NCBI RefSeq assembly: GCF_000219355.1
Contig: NC_015722.1
Location: 540,001-572,000, forward strand
Reading direction: 5' to 3'
Length of the DNA stretch: 32,000 bases
DNA from: Candidatus Midichloria mitochondrii IricVA
GTDB taxonomy: Bacteria; Pseudomonadota; Alphaproteobacteria; Rickettsiales; Midichloriaceae
Shown: positions 1 to 9,347 of the stretch, in pieces
How the letters are laid out: each line of letters starts with the position of its first letter
How positions within the stretch are numbered: position 1 is the stretch's first letter
Made by a program: the position numbers and the translations under genes
Notes under the pieces: model-generated
Database searches by the model: none
Seen by the model: only the letters and a program-made list of their open reading frames with translations
What the model was told of the DNA's origin: nothing

Positions 1-276
1 TTTGACATTTGCTCCAGTTATCGGGACACAATTTTGATCGAGAATAGTTCCAGAAATTATAATACTTTGGCCTTGTGCAAATACTGAAGATCCAGTTTGC
101 TTTCTTAATTCTGAGGTAGTTGCAAATTTTGTTGGCGCTTCTAAAGACCAAATTTGCGGAGTGATGATACAGTCTTTAATTAAAATGCTATCTTGGATAT
201 TATCGACAGCAAAGCTTTCGATTAATATAAGCTTTACTATAAGGATTAAATAACTCACCCCGGTGATTATTTTCAT
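1..276 (-). CDS. Secreted intradiol ring-cleavage dioxygenase-like protein, N-terminal part (gene runs off the left edge)
   Basis: A reverse-strand ATG at 276-274 opens a frame that stays open to position 1 (92 codons). My translation: MKIITGVSYLILIVKLILIESFAVDN...DCIITPQIWSLEAPTKF...GQSIIISGTILDQNCVPITGANVK. It has a hydrophobic signal-like N-terminus. It then shows C-x-x-TP...E-x-P and G-x-x-I-x-I-x-G-x-I-x-D-x-x-C-x-P-I-x-G-A-x-V patterns that resemble the Dioxygenase_C family. It is absent from the ORF track because it is edge-truncated. Confidence 0.4.
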   Translation of the reverse strand, partial: MKIITGVSYLILIVKLILIESFAVDNIQDSILIKDCIITPQIWSLEAPTKFATTSELRKQTGSSVFAQGQSIIISGTILDQNCVPITGANVK

Positions 277-343
277 AATAAATTTTCCAAATATAACCAA
301 AATGATAATATTAATTATCTAAACATGTAATTGAATTTATGAT

Positions 344-859
344 ATGAGCAATGAAAACCGAAATCAAGCTTCTTATGCGATTAAAGAATGCTACAATATT
401 ATCTCTGATATTGTAAATAAGAATAAAAAAGTTTCCGAAGAAGATAGCGGTGGCTTGAAAATGGTTTTGATGAGGTTACTGGAGCACTTAATCACTACAA
501 AGGGTAACCTAGAGCTAGATAAGTTGATTAAGATAATACTAGCCCTTTTGAAAATGAAGAAAAACTCCATGAAGAAGGAGGAGGAACTCTCGGAAGAGGA
601 GCTAAAAACTCAGACCAGATTTGTTATATATGAAATATATAAAATGCTAAATCCAAGCCGCATAGCAGGTGAAACTGAGATACAGAATTTTATAGATAAT
701 GTGATGATTAGGGGAGTAGAAGCTGCACTTTACTATGATAGAAGAAATATAAGTAGAGGGTTTAGCAAAGAAGAATTGAAGATTTTAGGGCAGCGTTCAA
801 AGACTGCTTTAAGGCGCATAGATGCGTTTGGCTCTAGAGGTTGGGGAAAAGGAATGTAA
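344..859 (+). CDS. Hypothetical protein, 171 aa, Lys/Glu-rich, probably helical
   Basis: Track ORF in an otherwise empty interval. I recognise no motif. It has a KMKKNSMKKEEELSEEELK charged stretch and a Gly/basic C-terminal tail (GSRGWGKGM). It is coding-like only by length and by the absence of competing ORFs. Confidence 0.5.
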   Translation: MSNENRNQASYAIKECYNIISDIVNKNKKVSEEDSGGLKMVLMRLLEHLITTKGNLELDKLIKIILALLKMKKNSMKKEEELSEEELKTQTRFVIYEIYKMLNPSRIAGETEIQNFIDNVMIRGVEAALYYDRRNISRGFSKEELKILGQRSKTALRRIDAFGSRGWGKGM

Positions 860-977
860 AGAGGTTTTCTAAAAAAACTTGCTAAACATTAAACGTAACC
901 CTTTATTTAAAAGATTTATTTATGGGAAATGCTATTATTAATATATATATGAAGGTGTATAAATTAGGCTTCATTTT

Positions 978-2231
978 ATGTTACAGGCTAAAAATTCAAG
1001 AACTGCATTAACAAAGCAGGATTTATCAATTCTAATCGGCAATAGCTTGGATCATTTTGATACTGCAATTTATAGTTTTATAGCGCCAGTTATTTCGGAA
1101 ATTTTTTTTCCTAACTATGATCCTATAGTGAGCTTAATCCTAACCTATAGTGTATTTGCGAGCTCTCTGTTTACGAGACCCATAGGGTCTATAGTTTTTA
1201 GTGTAGTTGCCAGAAATAAGGGAGCAGCTCTTGCCTTATCCTATTCATTAATAGGGTTGTCGATAACTACTATTGCAATTGGATTTATACCAACTTATGC
1301 AGTGCTTGGTTGCTTTGCTCCTTTTATTCTCACCATTTTTAGGATGCTACAAGGAATATTTGCAGAAGGAGAGAAAGCTATAGCGAAGTTATATATTCTA
1401 GAAAATAAATTACATGTACAAGCTGTTAAAGCTTCTACGCTTTATCAATTTTCAAGTATGGTAGGGATTATTTTGGCTTCTTTTGCGGGTACGTTATTGA
1501 TTAATTACAATTATAGCAATTACTGGCGCCTATGTTTTATCCTAGGAGGAGGCAGCGGCATTATAGGATATAATCTTAGAAAGTATGTCTATAGAGTAGA
1601 GATGGATCAGGTGAAACCACTATATTATGAGATAAGGTTAGTAAGGGATAATAAGTTGAAAATCTTCAGTGTTGCGGTAGTAAGCTGTTTTTCTTATGTA
1701 ACCTATTCTATAGTTTTTATAGTAATGAATAATTTTGTTCCAGGCATTACTTCTATCTCTTTGGAGCTAATGATGAGCTATAATATAATATTGTTAGTAG
1801 TAGACGCTGGTATGTTGTTATTAATAGGGTACCTTATAAGAGAATATAACTCTACTAGAGTCATGATGATCTCGACCGCTGTGTTATTTATTACTATAGT
1901 GCCATTATGGAGAAACATAGATGGCAGTGGTTTATGGTATGTGAATTTTGTTCGTTTATGGATTATTACCATAGGGGTCTTCTTCACTTGCTCTATTAAT
2001 GTGTGGATTGATAGCTTATTTGAGAATGAAGATAAGTACTTATTATCTGGAATTGGTGAGGCTATAGGAAGTTCAATAGGCCGCCTTACTCCAATACTTT
2101 GTATGATGCTTTGGCATTTTACAAAATTTTCGATTTCTATAGCTCTATATATTGCAATAATTGCTCTGCTTACTATATGGATTATGAGGGCAAATTCTAA
2201 GCTAAATTCACCACCCCCAGCAGATTTATAG
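978..2231 (+). CDS. MFS transporter, metabolite:H+ symporter (ProP-like) family
   Basis: 417 aa with about 12 hydrophobic spans. The N-terminal LDHFDTAIYSFIAPVISEIFFP matches the D-x-x-I-Y...FFP block of ProP/MHS-type carriers, a family expanded in Rickettsiales. Confidence 0.8.
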   Translation: MLQAKNSRTALTKQDLSILIGNSLDHFDTAIYSFIAPVISEIFFPNYDPIVSLILTYSVFASSLFTRPIGSIVFSVVARNKGAALALSYSLIGLSITTIAIGFIPTYAVLGCFAPFILTIFRMLQGIFAEGEKAIAKLYILENKLHVQAVKASTLYQFSSMVGIILASFAGTLLINYNYSNYWRLCFILGGGSGIIGYNLRKYVYRVEMDQVKPLYYEIRLVRDNKLKIFSVAVVSCFSYVTYSIVFIVMNNFVPGITSISLELMMSYNIILLVVDAGMLLLIGYLIREYNSTRVMMISTAVLFITIVPLWRNIDGSGLWYVNFVRLWIITIGVFFTCSINVWIDSLFENEDKYLLSGIGEAIGSSIGRLTPILCMMLWHFTKFSISIALYIAIIALLTIWIMRANSKLNSPPPADL

Positions 2232-2244
2232 AGTGTATAGTAGT

Positions 2245-3196
2245 AACCTCAGTTTGACGTAAGGAGTAGGCCCGCGAGCCTATTTTTCCTGAGATATATT
2301 GGGTTTGAAGACATAAGCTAAGAGCCCTGAGAAAGAGGTCTGCCAAGAAATTGTTTGGCGAGCGATGCCGTGTTGTGCTGGACTTGGCAAATCTCTTTCA
2401 ATTCTCCGATGGCTGTTTCAATCAATCCACGCCCTGCAAGAAGCAGTTGTTTAAAAGCCGCAAGCCGGGTTTTGTTTTTCATGTTTTTCTTAAGCCGTGT
2501 GATGAGCTCAATACCTTGATTGCTCAGTGTTTTTGCTTATATACCACCGATCTCCGAATAGAAGGCCTGTCAAATATTGAGTCAGTTTTTCGACAACGGC
2601 TCGATCATCTGTATTACCCGAAGTCAGTGTGAATGACATAATCTCTCCTTGATCATTGAGGCCAAAGAACCATCCGGGTCGACGTTTTCCCACGCTGAGC
2701 GATGCCTTTAAGGACCTTATTACGGCTAATACGTAAGTTATGACAAAACCTTCCAGCTTTTTGTTGAGTCAACGTACCTGTTTGTTTCCCTTTGCAGCAA
2801 TTCAGCAGAATGACCAACGGGATGACCGCGTCTCGCATCCAGCTCAACAAAGCGATTGTAGCTGATAAGCTTCGGCAATTCCTCTCTGAGAGAGGTTTGA
2901 AAACAGTTTAGGTAAAAATCTTTGAATCCGGTAATGCCCTCAAATGAAACAAAACGAGGATCGTTATAACTTCGGAAAGCATCATCCCAGACTCTCGTTC
3001 CCTTTGTCTCTGCGAGTTTCTTAAGGATCTTTGGTACATGAGTTGTCGCTTGCAAAAATCATCAATCAAACAAAATATTTCTACTAGGGGAACCACTTTT
3101 CTTATTTATCGTGAAATTGAGAGAAACTTAATGGTTACACAGCCTCTTTGAAGCCATATCAGATAATTTCTTTAAAACTTACCTAAAACTGAGGTT
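2245..3196 (-). mobile_element. IS982-family insertion sequence, copy A, full length (952 bp) with a degenerate transposase
   Basis: Imperfect terminal inverted repeats: AACCTCAGTTTGACGTAAG (2245-2263) and CTTACCTAAAACTGAGGTT (3178-3196). Reverse-strand fragments carry the conserved IS982-family transposase blocks: MVPLVEIFCLIDDFCK, MLSEVITILVLFHL, GITGFKDFY, LISYNRFVEL, YVDSTK, CHNLRISRNKVLKGIAQRGKTS, GWFFGL, NDQGEIMSFTLTSGNTDDR. These blocks are spread over several frames (track ORFs 2508-2693, 2653-2850, 2738-3055, 2908-3096). Confidence 0.85.
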
Positions 3197-3566
3197 TTTA
3201 TTAATGGCATTAACCCATTTGATAGCACTGGGTCATCCGTTGCACCGGCAGGAGATATTAATGGAGACGGAAAGACGTATAATTGGTGCTATTGGTGCAC
3301 CTTTTACTAATGAAGAGGCAGGTCAAGCGTATGTAATTTTTGGTCAAGCTCATTTTGACTCACCTCCATCACTATCTAGTTTAAATTGTAATAATGGCTT
3401 CATTATTAATGGCATTCATTCAGGTGATTGGGCAGGAGACCCAGTGACATCCGCTGGGGGGATGTCACTAACGATGGAATAGATGATATTATTATTGGTG
3501 CAATGGAATGCCAATGAGGGAGCGGGACAAGCTTACGCAATCTTTGGTGAGGCTTCTGATCTATAA
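3197..3566 (+). pseudogene. FG-GAP (integrin-alpha-like) repeat protein, 3' remnant, 5'-truncated by IS copy A and frameshifted
   Basis: Joining three frames gives ...GINPFDSTGSSVAPAGDINGDGK / IIGAIGAPFTNEEAGQAYVIFGQAHF...NGFIINGIHSGDWAGDPVTSAG / DVTNDGIDDIIIGA / NANEGAGQAYAIFGEASDL*. These are repeated GD[IV]NGDG-DD[IL]IIGAP...G-AYVIFG units typical of FG-GAP repeats. At least 3 frameshifts are present, one at a G6 run near 3455-3460. There is no start codon. The sequence begins at the IS boundary. Confidence 0.55.
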
Positions 3567-3576
3567 AATTTGTAAC

Positions 3577-3626
3577 ATAGGTTGGCATTTTTGAGTTTAT
3601 TCCTAAATGCCAACCTATTTTTTTTA
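3577..3626. terminator. Rho-independent terminator hairpin between the FG-GAP remnant (+) and rpsA (-)
   Basis: Perfect 14-bp stem ATAGGTTGGCATTT (3577-3590) / AAATGCCAACCTAT (3605-3618) with a 14-nt loop. A T8 run (3618-3625) follows on the + strand. On the - strand the hairpin starts immediately after the rpsA stop codon (3624-3626). Confidence 0.6.
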
Positions 3627-5333
3627 TTTATCTTTCTTTAAAGCAGCACCTAAGATATCGCCTAAGCTTGCACCGCTTGCAGTAGAACCAAATTCAGCAA
3701 TAGCTTTTTTCTCCTCTTCAATTTCATGCGCTTTTATCGATAATGAAAGCTGCCTTGAAGCCTTATCAAATCCTAAAACTTTAGCATCAACTTTATCGCC
3801 AACCGCAAATCTTTCCGGACGTTGTTCATCTTTATGTTTAGACAAGTCAGATTTCTTTATAAATGCCGCAAGCCCTTCTGCAGCTTCAACTTCTATACCA
3901 TCTTTTTTTATGTTAGTAACAACACAGGTAACTATTCCAGCATTAACTAGTTTTTCAGCCGTTACTGCAACTGCATCACCTGCAGCTTGCTTAATACTTA
4001 CGGTTACTCTCTCTCTTTCAAGATCAACATTGAGAACCACTCCAGTTACTGATGCCCCTCTAGCATAACCTTCTAGAGCTTCTTCAGGTGATTTATCCCA
4101 AGAAATTTCTGTTGCAGGTATCAATACGTCTATTTCATCTTGTTCTGCCTCTCCAATGGTCATAAACATACCAAAATCCGCTATATTCCTAACAATACCA
4201 GACACAGTACTACCAATTGGACAGTTTTCTGCAAACTTAGCCCAAGGATTTTCCTTGCATTGCTTCATACTTAAACTGATGCGGTGCTTAGAAATATCAA
4301 TTTCCAAGATTATTACTTCAACTTCATCACCAGGTTTTACAAGCTTACGAGGGTGCATATTTTTTGCATTCCAGCTCATCTCTGTATGATAAACCAATCC
4401 TTCAACGTTCGGCTCAATTTCAACAAAAGCTCCATAATCAACTATAGTTGTCACAGTACCTTTTAACTTCGTACCAACTTTATATTTTTCAGCCAATTGA
4501 TCCCAAGGGTTTGCCTCAAGCTGCTTCATACCAAGAGATACACGCTGAGATTCAGCGCTATATTTAATCACGATAACTTTGACAACTTGGCCTATCGATA
4601 ATACTTCCGATGGGTGAGAGATCTTAGACCAAGAAATATCAGTAATGTGCAACAACCCATCCATGAATCCTAGGTCAATGAATGCCCCATAATCTGTTAA
4701 GTTCTTTACCGTTCCCTCTAATACTGAACCTTCTTGAATATTTGCAAGCTGCTCCTGACGAGCTTCTTTTCTGGAATCTTCAAGAATTGCTCTCCTAGAA
4801 ACTACTACGTTTCCGTTTTCCTTATCTACCTTTAAAATTTTAAATGGCTGAGCTAAACCAAATAAAACGCTTATATCTTTAACAGGTCTTATATCAACTT
4901 GGCTGCCTGGAAGGAACGCGATAATACCGCTTAGTTCAACCGCAAAACCTCCTTTAACACGACCTATTATTACACCATCAACGTTCTCGCCTTGCGTACA
5001 TATCTGTTCGAATTTGCTCCAAGCAATATCTCTAAGTGCTTTCTCGCGGCTTAATATTATTCTGCCGCCCTTGCCTTCAAACCTCTCAACATAAACTTCT
5101 ACTTCACCTCCTACATTTAGCTCCATATTACCAAATTGAGCCTTAGGTACCCTTCCCTCGCTTTTAAGACCAACATCAATAAGTACAGAATCTCTTTCTA
5201 CGCCAATAACTGCTCCCTTAATTACTTGTCCCTCTTTCTTTTCGCTATCTAAATAACTATGAAAAAGTTTTTCAAATTCATCAGCGATTAATTGCTCTTC
5301 TGCTGTAATGTTTTTTTTGAGATTCATACTCAT
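3624..5333 (-). CDS. rpsA: 30S ribosomal protein S1
   Basis: 569 aa with six recognisable S1/OB repeats (G.V.G.V....G.FV.L pattern, e.g. GAVIGVERDSVLIDVG, GVIIGRVKGGFAVEL, GTVKNLTDYGAFIDLG, GTVTTIVDYGAFVEIE, GIVRNIADFGMFMTI). Classical cmk-rpsA adjacency. Confidence 0.95.
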   Translation of the reverse strand: MSMNLKKNITAEEQLIADEFEKLFHSYLDSEKKEGQVIKGAVIGVERDSVLIDVGLKSEGRVPKAQFGNMELNVGGEVEVYVERFEGKGGRIILSREKALRDIAWSKFEQICTQGENVDGVIIGRVKGGFAVELSGIIAFLPGSQVDIRPVKDISVLFGLAQPFKILKVDKENGNVVVSRRAILEDSRKEARQEQLANIQEGSVLEGTVKNLTDYGAFIDLGFMDGLLHITDISWSKISHPSEVLSIGQVVKVIVIKYSAESQRVSLGMKQLEANPWDQLAEKYKVGTKLKGTVTTIVDYGAFVEIEPNVEGLVYHTEMSWNAKNMHPRKLVKPGDEVEVIILEIDISKHRISLSMKQCKENPWAKFAENCPIGSTVSGIVRNIADFGMFMTIGEAEQDEIDVLIPATEISWDKSPEEALEGYARGASVTGVVLNVDLERERVTVSIKQAAGDAVAVTAEKLVNAGIVTCVVTNIKKDGIEVEAAEGLAAFIKKSDLSKHKDEQRPERFAVGDKVDAKVLGFDKASRQLSLSIKAHEIEEEKKAIAEFGSTASGASLGDILGAALKKDK

Positions 5334-5372
5334 ATCAAAATTATAAATAAAAAAGTTAATAAGACTAAGAAA

Positions 5373-5999
5373 TTATAGAGCTCTATTAATTAGCTTTAAT
5401 ATGCTATCAACCGCAGCATCAATATCCACCTTGGTTGTATCCACAACTAGATAATCGCTTCCCTTAGTTAAGGGAGCATTGTTTCTGCTCGAATCACGTA
5501 GATCTCTGATTTGCAAATCTCTTAGGACATCGTCATATATAATATCTTCCCCATTCTTTTGCAACTGTTTAAATCTTCTCGCTGCTCTTTCCTCTATATC
5601 AGCAGTTATATATATTTTCACATTCGCATTAGGGAATATTACTGTACCTATATCCCTTCCCTCAATAACAACACCCTCTTTACCAATAGCAAAGGTACGT
5701 TGAATACCTAACAAAGCTTTCCTAACTTCAGGAATAGCTGCTATAACTGAAGCATTTTCCGAAACTACACTTCCATACAAAGCTGTTCCTACAGTGTCGT
5801 TAAAATTTATTGAATCAATTAAAGAAACCAACTTATCGGTATCCCTTAGTTCAATTTGATTTTGTAGTGCAAAGTAGGCGACCGCCCTATATAACAAGCC
5901 AGTATTAAGATAATCGAACCCGAGTTTTTCTGCAACAATTTTGGCAATTGTCCCTTTCCCAGATGCAGCAGGACCGTCTATAGCAATAACAAAACTCAT
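5373..5999 (-). CDS. cmk: Cytidylate kinase
   Basis: 208 aa. P-loop IAIDGPAASGKGT followed by NTGLLYRAVA, plus the GRDIGTVIFPNA block typical of Cmk. The start overlaps the pccA stop (ATGA at 5996-5999). Confidence 0.95.
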   Translation of the reverse strand: MSFVIAIDGPAASGKGTIAKIVAEKLGFDYLNTGLLYRAVAYFALQNQIELRDTDKLVSLIDSINFNDTVGTALYGSVVSENASVIAAIPEVRKALLGIQRTFAIGKEGVVIEGRDIGTVIFPNANVKIYITADIEERAARRFKQLQKNGEDIIYDDVLRDLQIRDLRDSSRNNAPLTKGSDYLVVDTTKVDIDAAVDSILKLINRAL

Positions 6000-8002
6000 A
6001 ATCTATTTATATTATCCGCAGATTCTATTTCTATTAGTATATCACCAGAAGAACAAGTTTGACCTTTCACTGCATTAACTCCTATTACTTTACCATCAAC
6101 CTGGCTCAAAAGAACATTTTCCATTTTCATTGCCTCAAGCACTACTAGAGGCTGTCCCTTAATTATATTATCTCCGGCTTTGCATTTTACATCAACTATC
6201 ATCCCTGATATATTAGCTACTAGATCACTTTGGGCCTCATTTCCAGATGACTTTTTCATATATTTAGTCAATTCTCCTGCCCTTGGAGTGAAGAGGGCAA
6301 CTTTTACTTTCGAACCACGATAGGTTAGGTTTAAAGCGCCATGAAGGTATTCTATCTGCAAGCTGTAATCTTTACCATTAATAACACATTGGAATAGTTT
6401 ACTGCCTAATAACCAGCGACTAGTAATATAAAACCTTCTGTTCTCAAATGAAATTTTATATCCATCATCTATGCCTCGAACCGCGACTGGGTAATTACGA
6501 TTATTCATCTGTACAACCCAACGTGTCCCCATTGACTTTGAAGCAAACCTCACCTGTCCATTAATACTCATGCTCCTTTTTATATCTGTCATAGATATAT
6601 AAACAGCTGCACAAAGTATAACTACACTTTCTTCATCGCTTAGGACCGCGCCAGCAAAACCATCTTTATATTCTTCATCAATAAAATTAGTGGATATGTC
6701 GGCTGATAAGAATCTTTTGCTATTAATGATTGCCTGTAAGAAGCTAATATTATGGGAAATACCGCGTATTACATATTGTTCAAGGGCTTCATTCATAAGG
6801 TGAATTGCATAATCTCTATTGGTTGCATGAGTGCATAACTTAGAAATCATGGCATCATAAAACATGCTTACTTCGCCGCCCTCATAAATTCCAGTATCCA
6901 CCCTAACTCCTGCTGAAGAAATTGGCTCTTTATAAGTTGCGATTCTGCCCGTTGAGGGTAAAAAGCCACACGCAGGATCTTCCGCATATATTCTACTTTC
7001 TAGAGCCCAACCACTTAAAACAACATCTTTTTGCTTAAACGATAATTTTTCACCTCGAGCGACCCTTATCATTTGTTCAACTAAATCAATACCAGTAATT
7101 AGCTCAGTAACCGGATGCTCTACCTGAAGCCTGGTGTTCATTTCCAAGAAATAGAAATTTCTGTTCTTATCAACTATGTATTCTACTGTTCCAACTGAAA
7201 AATAATCCACAGCCTTAGCTAAGGCGATCGATTGGTCATACATCTTTTTACGCATTTTTTCATCTAAAAACGCGCTAGGAGCCTCCTCTATCACTTTTTG
7301 GTGATGCCTTTGAATCGAACATTCCCTTTCACCTAAACAAACATAGTGGCCATGTTTATCAGCTAAAACTTGTATTTCTATATGTCGAGGATTCTCAATA
7401 AATTTCTCTATAAAAGTTCTGGCATCAGAAAAGTTATTCTTAGCTTCATTACGTGTAGAACTAAAGGCCTGCTGCATTTCCTCTTTGCTACGCACTATCC
7501 TAATTCCCTTGCCTCCACCTCCAGCTGCAGCCTTGATCATGATAGGATAACCTATTTTGGAAGCAATATTAAGCGCTTCTTTTTCATTTCTGATAGCACC
7601 TATGTACCCGGGGATTACATTGACTCCAGCACTTTGCGCTATTTTTTTCGCTTGAATTTTATCTCCCATTTTTCTTACTGAATCTGCAGAAGGGCCAACA
7701 AAATTAATGTTATTTTTCTCCATTAACTCTGAAAACTCCGCATTTTCAGATAAGAACCCATATCCAGGATGGACAGCATCAGCACCTGACAACTTTATTG
7801 CATCAAGCAATCTTTTTTGATTTAAATAGCTCTGAGTAGCAGGTGAAGGACCTATATATATTGCATCATCTGCAAGACCCACATGTAACGAAGATTTATC
7901 AGCTTCAGAATAAACCGCAACCGTGGTAATCCCCATCTTCTTTGCGGTTCTCATTATTCTACAAGCAATTTCACCTCTATTAGCAATAAGTAATTTTTTC
8001 AT
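5996..8002 (-). CDS. pccA: Biotin-dependent acyl-CoA carboxylase alpha subunit (biotin carboxylase plus BCCP domain), propionyl-CoA carboxylase type
   Basis: 668 aa. N-terminus KLLIANRGEIACRI. ATP-grasp glycine loop AAAGGGGKGIR. EMNTRLQVEHPVTE block. C-terminal biotinyl-lysine motif EAMKMEN. Substrate specificity (propionyl- versus acetyl- or methylcrotonyl-CoA) is inferred from the Rickettsiales context only. Confidence 0.85.
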   Translation of the reverse strand: MKKLLIANRGEIACRIMRTAKKMGITTVAVYSEADKSSLHVGLADDAIYIGPSPATQSYLNQKRLLDAIKLSGADAVHPGYGFLSENAEFSELMEKNNINFVGPSADSVRKMGDKIQAKKIAQSAGVNVIPGYIGAIRNEKEALNIASKIGYPIMIKAAAGGGGKGIRIVRSKEEMQQAFSSTRNEAKNNFSDARTFIEKFIENPRHIEIQVLADKHGHYVCLGERECSIQRHHQKVIEEAPSAFLDEKMRKKMYDQSIALAKAVDYFSVGTVEYIVDKNRNFYFLEMNTRLQVEHPVTELITGIDLVEQMIRVARGEKLSFKQKDVVLSGWALESRIYAEDPACGFLPSTGRIATYKEPISSAGVRVDTGIYEGGEVSMFYDAMISKLCTHATNRDYAIHLMNEALEQYVIRGISHNISFLQAIINSKRFLSADISTNFIDEEYKDGFAGAVLSDEESVVILCAAVYISMTDIKRSMSINGQVRFASKSMGTRWVVQMNNRNYPVAVRGIDDGYKISFENRRFYITSRWLLGSKLFQCVINGKDYSLQIEYLHGALNLTYRGSKVKVALFTPRAGELTKYMKKSSGNEAQSDLVANISGMIVDVKCKAGDNIIKGQPLVVLEAMKMENVLLSQVDGKVIGVNAVKGQTCSSGDILIEIESADNINRL

Positions 8003-8116
8003 CGCAAATTATAACTATTTAAACTAAAATGTACTAAAACATCTATAGAGAACAACTGCCATATTGACAAGTATTTTGTAACTAAGTCTAAAAACAATTG
8101 CACTTTAAACGCAGTG

Positions 8117-9298
8117 TTATGAGGTTACATTACTGGGTACAGTTATATTTCTGATAAAAAATTTATTAATCATTAAAATAGATAATAAAATTAACGCTAA
8201 AATTAAAGCTGCTGGGATTACTATCAAGCCTTTGCTTATGCCGCCGAACTGTTCAGTAAATATACCTATTAAAGTGTGAAAAACTGTTCCAAATATCATA
8301 ACAATCATATTACAAGCAGCAGACGCAATGTCAGCTAGTCTACTATCAGTATAGTCTCTTACTTTACCCAAAATAGGTATCTGATAAGCTGATAATAAAC
8401 CTATTGCGAACATTAGGAAATACAAAATATATAAGTTACATTTTCCAGAGAATACTAATAAAAACGATAAAATCATTATTATATTAGAAATAAAAACCAC
8501 TTGAATATGAGATTTAGTTTTGCCCGTAATATAACCAACTAAAGCACTACCAAAACACATCCCTAAAAATATTATGGATGGCAAAATGCTTGCATGGCCT
8601 CTATCAAATCCATAAAAAGACTCAAAAAACAATGTGCCCCAAGCATCAGCGAAGCCTTCAAGAGGCCCAACCATCAACCCCGCTATAAAGCTCAATACTA
8701 CTACTCTAGAATTACAAAAAATACTTTTTACATCTTGCCACATCTCTCTAATAGAAAAGTGATATTGCTTATCTTCTCCAGAAGTCTTAGGTAAAACGAA
8801 GTAAAGTAATATCGAAAAGGCAACGCCAATTATAACAAAAGCATTAATTACTGTCTTCCAGCCATAAACAGAAACCAAATAGTCAATTGGCCTTCCACCG
8901 TACATTGCACCAAGCAAACCAATAGTTACACTCATTCCAACTAAGCTAGTAAATTTTGCTTCACCAAAACCGGTCTTAACAACTTTGAAAATCCCTAATA
9001 CAGAAGCAGAAGAGGCAATACCTAATAGTAACCTACCCAAAACAGCATTTAAAAACAAGCTGCTATATAGTAAAGGTAATAACCCAACAGAAGTTAACAA
9101 TACACAAATTGGAATAACTTTTTTGATGGAAAACCTATCTATAAGTAGTCCAATTGGGATATGCATAAGTGTATAACCTATATAATATATGCCAGAAAAG
9201 AGCCCGATTTGAGTCACATTTATATTAAAATCATTGATAATATTCGGCATACCAATATTAGGCAATACTCTTAATATATATTGGTATGCATAAAACAT
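8117..9298 (-). CDS. MFS transporter (unknown substrate); the N-terminus is possibly 15 aa longer (see findings)
   Basis: 393 aa with about 11-12 hydrophobic spans. GYTLMHIPIGLLIDRFSIKKV resembles the MFS loop 2-3 motif (G-x-x-x-D-R-x-G-R-K-like). Confidence 0.8.
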   Translation of the reverse strand: MFYAYQYILRVLPNIGMPNIINDFNINVTQIGLFSGIYYIGYTLMHIPIGLLIDRFSIKKVIPICVLLTSVGLLPLLYSSLFLNAVLGRLLLGIASSASVLGIFKVVKTGFGEAKFTSLVGMSVTIGLLGAMYGGRPIDYLVSVYGWKTVINAFVIIGVAFSILLYFVLPKTSGEDKQYHFSIREMWQDVKSIFCNSRVVVLSFIAGLMVGPLEGFADAWGTLFFESFYGFDRGHASILPSIIFLGMCFGSALVGYITGKTKSHIQVVFISNIIMILSFLLVFSGKCNLYILYFLMFAIGLLSAYQIPILGKVRDYTDSRLADIASAACNMIVMIFGTVFHTLIGIFTEQFGGISKGLIVIPAALILALILLSILMINKFFIRNITVPSNVTS

Positions 9299-9347
9299 TG
9301 TGGCAAAAAAACCAAGCTGACCAAACTGAAATAAACTTATTCATACT

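Noticed and set aside
1778-1987. Other short antisense track ORFs inside well-supported genes (e.g. 1778-1987, 5479-5703, 7370-7681, 8594-8794, 8985-9176, 11277-12107, 14517-14786, 15084-15281, 16439-16663, 17420-17632, 19149-21559 set, 21842-22078, 24325-24819, 25897-26709, 30086-31147)
   Set aside because: Each lies opposite a longer ORF with clear family motifs, and none shows a motif of its own. They are treated as non-coding shadows.
3607-4466. Track ORFs on the + strand inside the rpsA region (3607-4068, 4156-4389, 4284-4466)
   Set aside because: They are antisense to a strongly conserved S1 gene, have low-complexity Ser/Ala/Leu/Phe-rich translations and lack start context. They are typical shadow ORFs.
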